A DNA stretch of 64,000 nt from Lepidodermella squamata (lineage: Eukaryota > Animalia > Gastrotricha), in assembly GCA_047495785.1 (NCBI GenBank), contig JBLDXI010000074.1, positions 1,364,001-1,428,000 of the forward strand. Reading direction: 5' to 3'. Made by a program: the position numbers and the translations under genes. Shown here piece after piece: positions 37,401 through 50,800 of the stretch. The notes under the pieces were generated by a model, which ran no database searches, had not been told where the DNA came from, and saw nothing but the letters and a program-made list of their open reading frames with translations. Position 1 is the stretch's first letter; the number at the start of each line of letters is the position of its first letter.

Positions 37401-40400
37401 ACCTTATCGAGATTCGCTCGCTCGTGGCACCCCGTGGCACCAGCCGCAGCCGCGCCCATCCAAGAGTGCGTATCGAGTTTCAGCCATCACAAAAATACAA
37501 GGCCTGATTTCAGGCGCGATAAGCGACGAGCGGTAATAAGTAATTCGTTTACAGCCGAATTCACATTGCCTATTAGCGCATTTGAGAACGCTCCGCAATT
37601 GAAATGGAGCGCGACACTTGACAGAAAGGAAGAAAATAATATAATACCTACTTATGGCGCTAAGAACATTTCAGTCACCTATTAGTTATTCCACATGTAC
37701 ACAAAAGAAAATAGGTTTTTTAAATTTCTTGAAATTTCATAGCTCATAGCTTGCGCTTTTTTCAACGAGTACAGGAGTCCAGGAGAGTGCGATTTGTTAT
37801 CCGGTCATATTTTTAGTTTCAGGTTTTCTCGGTGATTACTATCGAATTTCAAGACATTTCGAATTCGCGTGTCGAATTATCCAAATAAAACTGTCTGAAT
37901 TTTCGACTAAATTTTGGTTATATTTTCGAATATTCGATGTTTTCGAGAAAATGCTAAACCAAAACCCAAATAAATTCAAATCAAATTAGTTTTAATTAAG
38001 TTCTGAAAATATCATAACAAAACATAACATTTCTTTATTCGTCAACAAGCACTATTGAGCTTAAAGAGAAACAGTAAAAAACAACAACAGGCGTGCTGAG
38101 AATAAAAATCACTCCGGTGTATAAGTCACGGTGGTGATCTGCCAAGCAGAGCGCGTGTCGGAGGAGTCTAGGAGACTGATTCTAGTCAAACCGAAATCAT
38201 TTCCCCATCAATGAAACAAAATATAATAAATCCCACGAGCAGTTTCAGATTAATCAACCCAGACTATGAATTTTCATCCTCCACTCATTTCTGTCCTATA
38301 CGCTAAATGATCTAAACTTTACATTCTCACACGTCCCAAATTTTTCTTAATTCAATCGAGCCACCTTAGTTTAGGCTTGCCTCTAGGCCGTTTCCAACCC
38401 TCCGGCACGTTCCAAACCGTAGTCGGTGAGCCTGAAAAGAAATAATAAGTTCTGAAAATCGGCAGGCGCGTATTTCATTTTTAGTTGTTGGGGTTCAATC
38501 AATGCAAAATGCAATCAATGCTGACGTTGAGTTGACGCTGTGTTTGATTTATGACATAAAATTCGGGAACTACTCCGTAGTTACAAAGCCATATAACTCC
38601 TTCTTATTGCAGATAAATGACCAAGTGTCTAGGTGAAGCCGGCGGCCTGATTTCCAACGAATTTTAATACAGAAATAACATTTGGGAATAGTCCATTTAT
38701 TTCAATGTTCACGGTAAAAAATTCAGTAGCAGCCAATACATCACAGGTTTCCACATTAATTGATAAATGAAGGATTAAAAGATCGAAGCATCCCATTCGA
38801 ATTTGCTCAATTCAGGGTTCAGGGCATTTCGAATGCAGAGTGCACGATTGTTGACTACACAGGCTTGAACCAGATAGCGTTTGGCGATGTTGTTAGGCTT
38901 ATGTCACTGTTAGGATAGTAACACAGGTATTTCCGAAGTGTCCAAGATCGTTTCGGTAGTTGTAGCTGTAGGAGCCGCAAGATGTTCCCTGAAGCTTCCT
39001 GCTGAAACTAACTTTGAATGCCAAGTTTTCAGAATCCGTTTAACAGGGTCTCAAGTCTGAAATTCTGAAGTTCAGAGTCATCGTTTGTTACGTTCAGTGA
39101 TTAACTTACCAACTACTTATCACCGCGACTGATAGCAACATTTTCCGATCAATGCCATCACCACTTCATCCTTGGTAAGTTAAATGGCCTCTTCGTGTAA
39201 TATGAAAAACATTTTGCATTATATTTTTATCACAGAATTATACAATATTATACAATATACAATTATACAATACTTGCTGATTTCCACTAGATGCTTAGAC
39301 GAACCATTGTTCATTGTTCCGCAGGAACGAAAGTGACCACTTAAATACTTACCATTTCACATTAACCATCTGGAAGCACCCCAAAATCGATCAGAATAGT
39401 TTTTATCGGGACCGCAACAGGAATAAATAGTACTTGATGGAATCAAGAACAATAATATTTCGATGTAAGAATGAGTGAATAAAGGCTAACGCATACAGTT
39501 TCAGCCTAATTTTTGCGATATCAATCGCTAGATAAATCTTTAACATCATTTGTGACCATCCGAACGAAAAGATTAATGTAATAAAATCCCGAACAATTTT
39601 GCATGGAGCACAATCGGAAAGCATTGTGATCAGATTCGTTAACAAAAGTAGTAGAAAAGCATGTTATTGCGTTTCTTGCGGTCTCATTTAATGAGTCTTA
39701 GTCATTCAATGTTCCAGGTTGAGTACGCTCCAAATACTTACTAGAATCGCAAATAGCATTGGATTACTTATACTCAGCAAATGTAAGTTGCAACCAAGAC
39801 ACAATCATAACCTTGAGAAAAACTAAGGTTCGTGTATGTGTGACAGCAATTTACGCCACTTTTAATGGTAAATGTGCGAAAGTGCAAAGAAAATAACATG
39901 AGACCCACGGGAAACGCAACAGATGGCAACGAAAGTCGCGGTGGTATGTTATTTTCGATACTAGTACACGTCATTTTTTAGCCAGGCAGGTTTAGAGACA
40001 GAATCGATCCGCAAATTCTATAGCGACAGGTTTGAAGCAAACATTTTCGCTTGAAGATTTGGATGGAGTCAGGTTGACAACGGATCATCGTCGCTAGCGT
40101 TCTTAGTAACCCATACGTTCGGCAATATTTTAAAATTCCCGCCAAAAGTTCTGTCAAGGCCATTAAAAATAATAATAATCAAAATTGTCTAAAAGTTTTT
40201 CTGTATTAATAATTCATTTTCTCATATAATGACGCGCAATTTTTCAAAAAGTTTGGGTTTGGTGCGAACGAAGGGTGGACGAAAAGCGGAGGCGGGGGCA
40301 ATTTCGAGGTGTAATTTTTATCGCCAAGTTGCTGCCGTAAGTTGTTTTAGTGTGCTATGTATGTGTGTTTTGTTATTCATACTGCTATCGTCACTTTCAC

Positions 40401-40916
40401 GACTCGACCGCCAGATTACTAGCTGTTGAACATGACATAAGTTCAAATATCCAAACTTAAGTAATCGAATTCAAAGAGGAAGGTTGTCTGGAAGTTTTTG
40501 GATCAAGCCCAATGTCATTCCAGAACCCCTTGTGATATTGCTGTCATTAACAGCTGTTCACCTGTTTCAGGGATAACGGACAGTCTTCATCCCGGACCTT
40601 AAAGTTCGGACCTTTAACCCGGACCTACGGAAGGTCTTCTAATCCTTTGCCAAATGCCTAATTCCAAAGGCGCCCGCGGAGTTCGAATGCTGCTTATTTG
40701 TACCATGTACTATTATGAGTATTAGAAATGCAAAATTTTAGCTACTGTCACATTAGAGACAAGGTTTCCGCTAGATCGGGTTTCTACAACTGCCCTAAGT
40801 ACACGACCTACTCCTCAAGGTTTTATGACCTCTGCGTCATCCTTCATCGTTCATTTGTTCATGGGTTTCTGATTTATTCTGCTTCCTGCTTTAGGTTACC
40901 TTGAAACTACTGGTTG

Positions 40917-43900
40917 ATGGTAATCCTCTTTCGATGCGGCTTCTCCGCAAGCAGCTCGTTCGTCGCGCTGCTTGTCCTTAGCTTAAGCTTTGTGGAGAGC
41001 CAAGGATCCATTACCGACTTCTACCCAAGTGAGCGGGAAGATTCAGACGGCTTCGCCGACGAGTTCGTCGTTGAACTCCACAAATCTGTGCCGGCGAAGG
41101 ATGCTTACAAACTAATAGAAGGAAGCGAATTCGAAGTCGATCAGCATGTAAGATGATTATTTTCATCCCAAGTTTAGCCTTATTATCTCTTCATAGCACG
41201 AAGCTCTCGGAAATGTCTTCAAGTTGATGCATAAAGACAAATCTCCGGAGGGAACCTTGAGGCGGAAACGTCGTGAAGCTGTCGAGGCTTCACTGAGCTA
41301 CTTGAACGACCACCCAGATGTAGTTCACGTTGCTCAACTCGAGTCGCTGGTGCGTGAGAAACGCTCTAGCCTGTTCGAGCAGGACTTCGACAGTGATGCT
41401 TACATCCAACACAACAAAGACCGTGAACTTTTGCACGAGAAGCACGACATTTCAGAGTTCTATCGGGCTAATATGGATAAGAAGGAAGAAACGCTGTGCA
41501 GTCAAGCAGTTTTCAGTGATCCACTGTTCACAGACCAGTGGCAAATCGTAAGATCTAGCTTATACGTCGTCATTCTTGCTATAGTTTTCGATTTTCTAGT
41601 GCAACGCTGGTCAAACTGGAGGAAAGCAGGGTTTTGATAACAATATCATCCCGGTATGGGTCAATCGAAATATCACCGGTCGCGGCGTGAAAGTCTGCAT
41701 TTTGGACGATGGCGTCGATTACAAACACCCGGATTTGATCGGCAATTTCGACCCACGTGCCTCGCTCGATTTGAATAATCGCGGCAAATTGAACGACCCG
41801 AGCCCGCGTGGTGATGAAGAAAATGCGTAAGTCTCTCAGCAAATTTTCCCGCAATTCTTGAAATATCATCGATGATCTGATTAACTATTTAGGATTGGTG
41901 AGTTTTAGCTAGTAGTAAATTTTTGTTATCGTCACCCTATTGTTTGTCCTGAGTATAGTTGTTACTTTTGAATGGCTCATTTGCCCCTTGGTTATTACCC
42001 TCTGTATTTTCGGATTTCCAGATTTTATTAAATTTATTGTTATTGTTAAACAGGCATGGAACGAAATGCGCCGGTGTTGTCGCTGCCATGGCGAATAATT
42101 CGCGTTGCGGTGTCGGAATAGCCTACAACGCGAAAATTGGCGGAATTCGAATGCTAGACGGCCAGGTTTGTAATATTGTCATAATATTCAAAGTCATATG
42201 AAGAAATCGCTTGAAAAATTATTAAAATATCTTTTGGAAAAATCCTTGGCATAAGTCTTTGATTTGGAAGTATTGGGTGAAAATGGAGTAAAACCGGCTA
42301 ATTTCCAATTATTTCTCAGGTGACTGATTTGTTGGAATCGGAAGCGTTGACATTTAACATCGACTACATCGACATTTTCTCGGCTAGCTGGGGCCCGACC
42401 GACGACGGCAAAACGATGGCCGGCCCGGGCAAATTTGCGAGCCGCGCCCTGAAAACGGCCGTGTCGAAGGGCCGCAACGGCCTGGGCACGATTTTCATCT
42501 GGGCGACGGGCAACGGCGGGCGGAAGCACGACGACTGCAATGCCGACGGCTACGTGTCCAACGTCAACGTCATCTCGATCGGGTCGGTCGACGAGTACGG
42601 CGGCGCTCCGGTCTACATGGAGGTGAGGGAAATTCTTGAAATTTGCATCTGAAAGTTGACGCTAATAATTTGCTGGGGATCCCCTATGAAAAGTCGGTAA
42701 AAAGTGTAGTTTTCGATGATTAATTCTACCACACTGATATTGGTTTTGAAGTGGTAAAAACTTGAGGAAAACAGTATAATTTTGTGAATTATGCCATTTG
42801 AGGTTAATAATAGTTCGATTTCAATCTGAATATCGCCTCGAATGAGGTGGCTGATGTGACAACTTGTTTGCGCTATATATCGCCGCCGTTATTTGCGCGC
42901 TTCTATTCTAGAAAAATCAGTCAATTTCTTGACCCGCAATTTTCAGTTGATTTTCGATTTTCCCACCTATTACGAGGTCACATCTTCGAGTTGCTTTTGA
43001 AGCGTAAAGATTAAGCGTAAAGCTACCGTTTCTGTCGTCGCTGACGATTTTGGCCAAGCTTTGATGCTAAAATCGATTTACCATGTGATTCTATGCTGCT
43101 TGTGTTGTAAATTGTAGGAGTGTTCGTCGACGATGGCGGTCGTGTTTGTGGGCGGGCCGAAATCGTTTTCGGCGACGCAGCCGAACGTGAAAATGGTCAC
43201 GGTCAACATCAACGAGCAGTGCACCGAAGACTTCACGGGCACGAGTGCCGCCGCGCCAGGTACTGCCGTCGAATCAATGTTAAAGTTGCATTCTTTTACC
43301 AAATTCTTGTGCAGCTGCTGCCGGCATTGTTGCTCTGATGCTCGAGGCCAAGTAAGTTTCAGGCATTACTCGGCAATTTGTGCAATCTGTTGATGTTCTT
43401 TTTCCTTTTTTAGCCCGAAACTGACTTATCGAGATGTCATGCACATTGTCGTCAACACAGGTATATTCCCGTTTTTTCATTATCTAAACAAATTGTGGAT
43501 TTAGGCAAATGCGATTTAGGACGGGGTATTGAATTTTGCCATTTGTGTTTCTTGGAACTGAAAATCCATCCGAAGTTTTTGCGTTTGTTTTGTTTTTGCG
43601 TGATGCGGGCTACGAAATTGCAAATTTTACCATAATGATTGCGCTCATTCCCAGAAAATGGGGTGCTCGAACTCGGCTGAAATCAGCTGGGCCGATTGGG
43701 CAACTTTCGCACAGTTTAGATAGGGACAAATGGGTTCCAATAATCTTCATCAGGACCAAATTGAAACCTCCAATAATTGCTGTCAACATTATTGGCCTTG
43801 AAAGGGTTATATTCTCATACATAGAAGAAATCGAGTAGTTTTTCGTTTAAATTGCATTATTCTATCTTGAATTTTTTCTGTTTTATTAGCCGTGAGCACT

Positions 43901-45815
43901 GGCCTGAACGCAACGTGGCTGAAGAACGCGGCCGGGCACACGTTCAGCAGGCGGTTCGGTTTCGGGAGGCTGGACGCCGATCGGCTGGTCGGCCTGGCGC
44001 AGGCGTGGCCCGGCCCGGTACCGCCGCTGCACATCTGCGAGTCGAACGTGAAGACGCTGCGCGACGTGACGATGCAGCCGGGCGACGTGGTGACCATCGA
44101 GCTGGAGACGGACGCGTGCGTCGAGAACGCGGCGACGCGCGTCGACTACGCCGAGCACGTGCAGCTGTTCATCGACGTGACGCACCCGCGCCGCGGCGAC
44201 GTCAACCTGACGCTGGTGTCGCCGGCCGGCACGCACTCGCAGGTGCTGTCGAACCGGCGCTTCGACACGAAAGACTCGGGCATCCGCTTCGCCTTCACGT
44301 CGACGCACTTCTGGGGCGAGAAGGTGCGCGGCACGTGGAAGGTGCTCGTCGGCGACAACCCGCCCGACGACCAGATCGCGCCCATCAAAGGTGAGCGCTG
44401 TCATTACGCAGAGAAACTGAAATTTACAAGTTGCACGAGTTGAAATCAAAACTATCAAGCGCGCGTTTGAACCAGTTGTAGATCCAAGCTCGGGCTCACA
44501 AATAACAATTTATAGGTGTTAGACTATTGAAAGCTATTTTTCGGCCGTTAAAATTGTATGACCGTTTTTAACGAAATCGAAATCACGTAAACACCTCGCG
44601 AAATGATGACGAAAATCGAATCTCGTCAAATGTGTTCATCTGCTTGTCATCATGCAGGGTGCCTGATATCGTTAATCTCGATATAAATTCTGCTCTCTGA
44701 TGAGAAAAAAGTTGTGAAGTAGTTTTGAGTAGTAACGATTTTTCACCAGAATTGACCAAGAAATTCCTGTTGAATAATATCTGAAATTGTGCTTATCTAA
44801 TTTTGCTACTTTTGCAGCATTCCGCGATTTCACCGTAGAAATAACAATTTAAAGGAACCAAAGCAACCGGGTAATACCTGCGAAGACCAGGTTTCGACTA
44901 GCTATTTCGATAAAAATCTATGGGAACAAAAAGTCACCACAATTTTCAAACTTGTTTTCGCTCCTAAAAGATTCGCTTTCATCATCCTGTTTTTATTCTC
45001 TCCAAATGTGAGTAAATTAGAATTTCCAATCAATTGTTTTCCATTGTTTTAGTGACAGAAATACAAAAGAAGGAATTCTATTGGAAAAAATTGCGGATTA
45101 AAGAAACGGTTTTGAGGGCCCAAATGAGATTTTTGCTCGGAGAAGGAGTCCCAAGTCTCATTGAAACGTTCTGTTATGGGTCGAAACTTGCCTTGGTGTG
45201 TTAACGAAGAATCCCAGTCCAGAAAGCGTTTCTTTATTCTCGACGATTTTCTGCTGAAAAATGAAATTACAACGCGTTACATACTATCTAGCCTCAGCTC
45301 AAAATAGCTAAATCGCGAGCCATTTATATTTGCTTATTACTTTACTTTCAGCGTGAATATTTTTATTTTAAAATCAACGAGTTAATTTTCCATTCTAATC
45401 TTTCATTAAAGGTGAGCGCCGTATCAACCGTGTCGGTCTTGCGCTGCTGGGCACCGTCGACGAGGTGCAACTGCCGGCCGGTTTCATCGCGCCAACACAC
45501 GCGCCCACAGCCAAAGTGGCGAATCGCGCCGCGGTTGGCCTGCAGCAGGACCCGGCGGAGGACGCGTCGCGCATCGAACTCGAGGACAACGCACCGCCGG
45601 CCGGGCCGCACGTCGATCGCGACTTCGCCATCGGCGACGACGGCCTGGCACCACCGCCGCCGAAACCGCTGCCCGTCGGCCGCGAGCATCGAAACCCGCT
45701 GTCGCAAGCCGGCGTGTGGCGCCGCATTCTCGCATCGAACCGCAAGTTCGCGGTCGAAACCGGCCTCAGGAATCGATATTTCGAAGACGGTGACGAAGAT
45801 GAAGACGAAGAGTAG
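40917..45815 (+). CDS. Kexin/furin-family proprotein convertase, PC7-like (~784 aa)
   Basis: Exons 40917-41147, 41197-41547, 41600-41826, 42054-42165, 42320-42622, 43118-43259, 43315-43351, 43414-43460, 43890-44390, 45412-45815; signal peptide, RRKRR and REKR prodomain sites, catalytic ILDDG, HGTKCAG, GNGG, GTSAAAP; P-domain RRGDV; [24 protein letters not shown] resembles PC7. Confidence 0.92.
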
Positions 45816-47219
45816 ATCTGCTAGTTCACTACTACTACCTAGTGTTGTTATTTCCCCTGTGGTTTTGGTCTCATTGTTCAAGTCATTTTACCGACGGCAA
45901 TTATTGGTCTCTTTTTAGCGTCCCTCTAGTCTAATTTTGATTCGATTCCACGCACAGTTGATTGATTGATTGATTCCTCTCCTGTAGGGTAGCTACGCTT
46001 TTTCCTCGCTTCATTATTCATTGTTGTGATATTTACAAACAACACTTTATTTTTTCATTGTTAATCGACCGATGACAGCTGCTTGCGCTTTGTTTACACA
46101 TGAACTGCTTATTACTGACAACTCCGGTTTTTTTCATTCATCGTTTTTTCATGCGTTATCAGCGGTGATGGGTTATGTGCAATGCCAATTACTTCATTCA
46201 TCTTGTTGTGTTATTTCGAGCCAAATTTTATTCTATGCAATACAATTGACTGTGAATATATCAATTTTAAGCATTTCTATTTATCGGAAATCTGGTGATG
46301 GGCTATACAATAAAAATCGAATGCATTTGATCGTGAGTTCTGTTTCCTTGGTTCACATACCAGTCCTCAATGCAGACATCGTACTTTGAGTTACCAGCAG
46401 CGAAACAATTTGCAACATGATATCAGGTTTCCCGGTCGTTCCTCTCCGATGTAGTCCAACAGCTGTCAGCGCTGCTGAGTTAAAGTATATCGTATAGATC
46501 CGTATAAGTACTTTCTCATATCCTGAAAAGGACGCATCTTGGAAAGGCATGAATCAAGCTAAGCCCAGCAAATCACCTTTCATCGGCTGCTAATAATCAA
46601 GACGAAACAACGTCAGTTCTATCATTTTGCTTCGATCAACGTGGAGAAATGAAGCCGAGCATCGACTCCCGTATACTCTTAATTTTACCTGTCTAGTTGC
46701 CGAACACTCGGAGAGACACGGCCAAACCGAGGCACCGCAGGTAAGCAATGATTCAATAAAGGCCCAGGTCTTCTGATAAGAATGCGCGGTTTATCAGTTT
46801 TCGAAGGACTGTGGGTGAAATTCTATTGTGTGCGTCTCCGACGAAGGCAAACTGTTTGTAGCAAACTTAAAAATCTTGGGGCAAAACTTTAAAAAAAAAT
46901 AAAAACCGCGCGCAAAATCAGATGTTGACATTCACAATAAAAAAAATTAAATGAATAATTTGATGTTGAATTTGATTTTTTAAGTATTTCATAGAAATTT
47001 GTAAATTAGGCGTCCTTAGAGATGTAACACCTGTTTCCGTTTCGATCAAATGGCTCTTGCACTGAGACCGGTGCATGTTTCATGCAAGTGTGCGTAACGT
47101 GAAATTATCGTGACCGGCTCGTAAATATTTCATGAGCTTTCAACTAATCTGCATCTCTGAGCACCTATTTGTGCTAATGTGACTTTCTTCTTGCAATACC
47201 ATTTCAGCTTGCTGCTATT

Positions 47220-47726
47220 ATGTCCGAAGAGAGATTTTCTCCGGAAAAAGCCAATCAATATTTTGGCCTCGGTCCGAATGATGAGCTGGTTGCTGTTCAG
47301 AAAATAGAGATGGGCGGCTCCGAAAACCGCTTCATGATCAAACTTGTTCATAAGTTCAAAGGTCTTGAAGTTTACGGAAGCGGTGCTGTAGTTTCGGAAG
47401 ACTCAGAAGGGAAATGGACAAAGATTGACTCTTCCGCGACGGTGAAGAACATCAAAGACCTAGCCGCTGCGATCGACTTTGAAAAGCTGCCATCAGGCGA
47501 TACCTCAGTGTCACTTTGCAAGGACGAATGTAAAACAGCTGAGCATGCCCACTTCAAGCAACGCTACCTGTACATGGACGACAGTATGCCAGAATTAGCT
47601 GGCAAGCTTATCGTTGCCGATGAGGTTGTTGTGAATCTCGAGCCTGGCAACAGCAAAGCTTGCTTAGTGGATGTTTGTTCTAAGAAGATGTTCAAGAGCT
47701 GGAAATGCTCCTGTGGACCGAATTAA
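47220..47726 (+). CDS. Stand-alone thermolysin/elastase (M4) propeptide-like protein (FTP + PepSY), no catalytic domain
   Basis: FGLGPNDELVAV, HKFKGLEVYG..VVSEDSEGK, TVKNIKDL, YLYMD and LVDVCSKKMFKSW follow the motif order of bacterial M4 propeptides; intronless CDS; 5' UTR intron 46741-47207. Confidence 0.72.
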   Translation: MSEERFSPEKANQYFGLGPNDELVAVQKIEMGGSENRFMIKLVHKFKGLEVYGSGAVVSEDSEGKWTKIDSSATVKNIKDLAAAIDFEKLPSGDTSVSLCKDECKTAEHAHFKQRYLYMDDSMPELAGKLIVADEVVVNLEPGNSKACLVDVCSKKMFKSWKCSCGPN

Positions 47727-47896
47727 CTATCATCTCTATCCCTCAGTAATTGATTGTTGAATCCTTACGTTTACATTTATTTTCTTTATATGACACTCTA
47801 GTCTCATTTTTCTTTCACCGCTTAATCGAGAGAATGAATTAAACTGTTAAATTATTGAAAAATTATTGTTTCATAGTGGTTCGTAAGACTTGAGTA

Positions 47897-50800
47897 ATGG
47901 CTTGTTGTGCTCCTGCAAGTACTGCCGCTGCGAGTAACAAGGTCGGAGATGTGAACACAAAGTTAGAAGAAAAGTACAAGTCTTTCGGCGAACCATATCA
48001 AGGCTCTTTTGACGGACCAGTCAAATCAAGGTCTGAAAATGCTGCAAATTCAACTTTTATCTATGAGTTTTACAATAGATCATGTACCGATTGCGCTTGC
48101 TTGATTATCTACTTGATTTTCACCCTTGTCGGCTTTGCTGTAGCAATTTTTGGTTTGTAGCCGCAAAAAATTTCGGTAATCGATGAAATGCGTCTATTTT
48201 ATTCAGCTTACTATCGCGGAAACCCTGCGCTTCTCGCGTATCCAACGGATAGCCAGGGAAGAATGTGTGGATTCAATCAGTTAGCTGATAGGCCTAATCT
48301 TTTCTTCTTCGACTTGCTGAAATGTGTGAGGAATATCGATTCTCTGCCTTTCACCGGCTGCCCAACAACTCAGGTGTGCGTGAAGGACTGTCCAGGTCGA
48401 GATCAATACTTCTCATGGCAAGCTCTAGCCGTGATTGAGAGCCGATCAGGGCCTATTGCAGCTGTTCGAGCTAGGCAAATGATTTGTATTGACAAGGTCG
48501 ATTTCACGAATAACACGTGGCTGTCAATCAGCGTAAATCGGCTGATTAGTGACGGCTACTGCGCGCCTTATACAATACCTCAAACACCTGTGCTAAATCG
48601 ATGCATGCCGACTTTCATCGTCGAGGCGATTCAAGGCTCAGAACCGGAAATGGTGACAAATGTCACGATTTACGACGCATCTGGCAACGAAATCAAACTA
48701 TCAGATTTAGGCGCGTCGAAAGCCGCGTTTGAAGCTCTGTTGAAAGTTCAAGCCTGGGGCGAGAAAGTGCTGCAAGATATTCGAGCCTCCTGGCCACACA
48801 TTCTCTTTTTCGTCGGATTTTCACTGGCCTTCGCGTTCATCTGGATTTTGCTGCTGAGATTTATTGCCGCCGTTGTGGTTTGGACGACTATTGTTCTGTT
48901 TTTGCTCATGTGGGTCTTCGCGGTGGTTTTCGCGTTCTGGCGCTACAATCTTGTCGCTCATGTTATCGATATTCCAACGCCGCCAGGTGAATTGGCGAAA
49001 TTCACAGCCGCGATTTCGTTTCAAAGCTCATTCGACTCAGTAAGTTATAGTTAAGGCATATAGTTCAGCCAGAAATTCAAATTGGAAATTTAAATTTAAA
49101 TAATTTTGGATATTTTTTTATAAATTGAAAACAACCTCTATGAAATTTGAAATTTGAATGATGAAATCGAATATTGACATTTTCAGCCTCAACTTTGGCT
49201 CGCTGTCGCGATCATCTGCGGCATAATCCTGCTGGTCTGTTGCATTCTGCTGTGTTTCTTGGGCTCTCGCATCAAACTAGCCGTGAAACTGTTCGAAGAA
49301 ACGTCCAAAGCCCTCGGCCACATGCCCTCGACCCTAGTTTGGCCGTTTGTACCCTTCGCTTTCGAAATGGCAACCATAGCTTGGGCCGGGGCGGCTGCGA
49401 TTTGCTTGGCTACGCTCGGCCGAGCTCAATTCATAGGCCAACAGCCGAATTCAACTTACAAGGTAAAAATCGGTTCAGATGAAAGATGATTTATGCGAAA
49501 ATTCAATTTTGAAGCTATTTGAACCCAGTTTTTAAATTTTGAGAGATGCATTATTGTTCTTTTAAATTAATCTCAGATTGTTCTAAATTTTTCTAGGGTT
49601 TGATTCCACTTCCCAGTGAAATGACCGACTGTGATTACACGCAGCAATTGACGCGAATAGCAAATTTCAGCGAAAATGCCGTCTCGAAAATCGAAGGCGC
49701 CCTCAACGTTAATTTCTACGCCAATTCGGCCGAAAACAGCTCAAGCGTATCGATGCGAGCCGTCGCCGCCGTCAACAAAACCCTCGTCGACATTTGCCGA
49801 TTCTTGAACTACGGCGGGGCGGAGTATGCGATATATTTCCAGATCTACAACGCTTTCATGTTCTTCTGGCATTTCAACTTCATCTCGGGCATGGGAGTCA
49901 TCATTTTAGCCGGCTCTTTCGGCTCCTATTATTGGGCCTTTCACAAAGTAAGACCTTCAATCATCATTTTTTGAAAAATAATTGTTCGAAAAAGTCATTT
50001 TATAAAGTTGAAATGATTGTTTGAATTCTTTTCCGCAGCCGGAAGATATTCCACCGTTGCCGCTGTTGAAAGGCTTTTGGAACGCAGTTCGCTATCACAT
50101 GGGTTCGGCCGCGTTCGGCTCGCTGCTGATTGCCATTGTTCAAATTACGCGGCTCATTCTCGAATACGTCATGTTCAAAATGAAAGGAACTCAAAACGGC
50201 GTGGCCATGTTCATTTTAAAATGCCTGCAATGCTGCTTCGGCTGCCTAGAAAGAGTTAGTCCAAGCAAAGTCTTGAAATGCTGATATTCCGAAATTTTAA
50301 TTTTGATGAGATCCTGCGTTAATTCTATCTTTACTATGCATAACTGGTTTGAAAATATCTTTTTTTCAGTTGGTAAAATTCATCGCTCGGAAAGCGTACA
50401 TTGTCGTGGCAATTCACGGGAAAACTTTCTGCGCCAGTGCGAAAGAAGCCTGGGGTCTAATCATGCGCAACGTCGTTCGAGCGGCCGTACTCACCGGCGT
50501 GACGCGATTCCTCATTGTCATTTCCATTCTCATCGTTTGCGGCGGCATGAGTAAGTCATTTTTAATTTTCACTGGAAATTAAATTTGAAACATGTCTCAA
50601 GTTCAAAATTATTTGCTAGTATTGTGTGAAAATTTTAAAATTGCGAATTTTATGAATAAATTACGGAAAGATGTAAGACTTTTCTTATTTTTTCAGCTAC
50701 ATTCTCGTTCTTTTACTTCCACGGTGAAATACCGGCCGGTATTCCGATTTTGGTGCGCACGTGGCCTACGCTGAACTTTTTCTACGCCCCGGTGATCGTC

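Noticed and set aside
36991-37685. 207-aa and 136-aa ORFs
   Set aside because: Non-ATG starts, no domain, and located in a GCGC-rich putative regulatory island.
38300-40160. Coding-like minus-strand stretches
   Set aside because: Interrupted by stops; could be a pseudogene but no family assignment is supportable.
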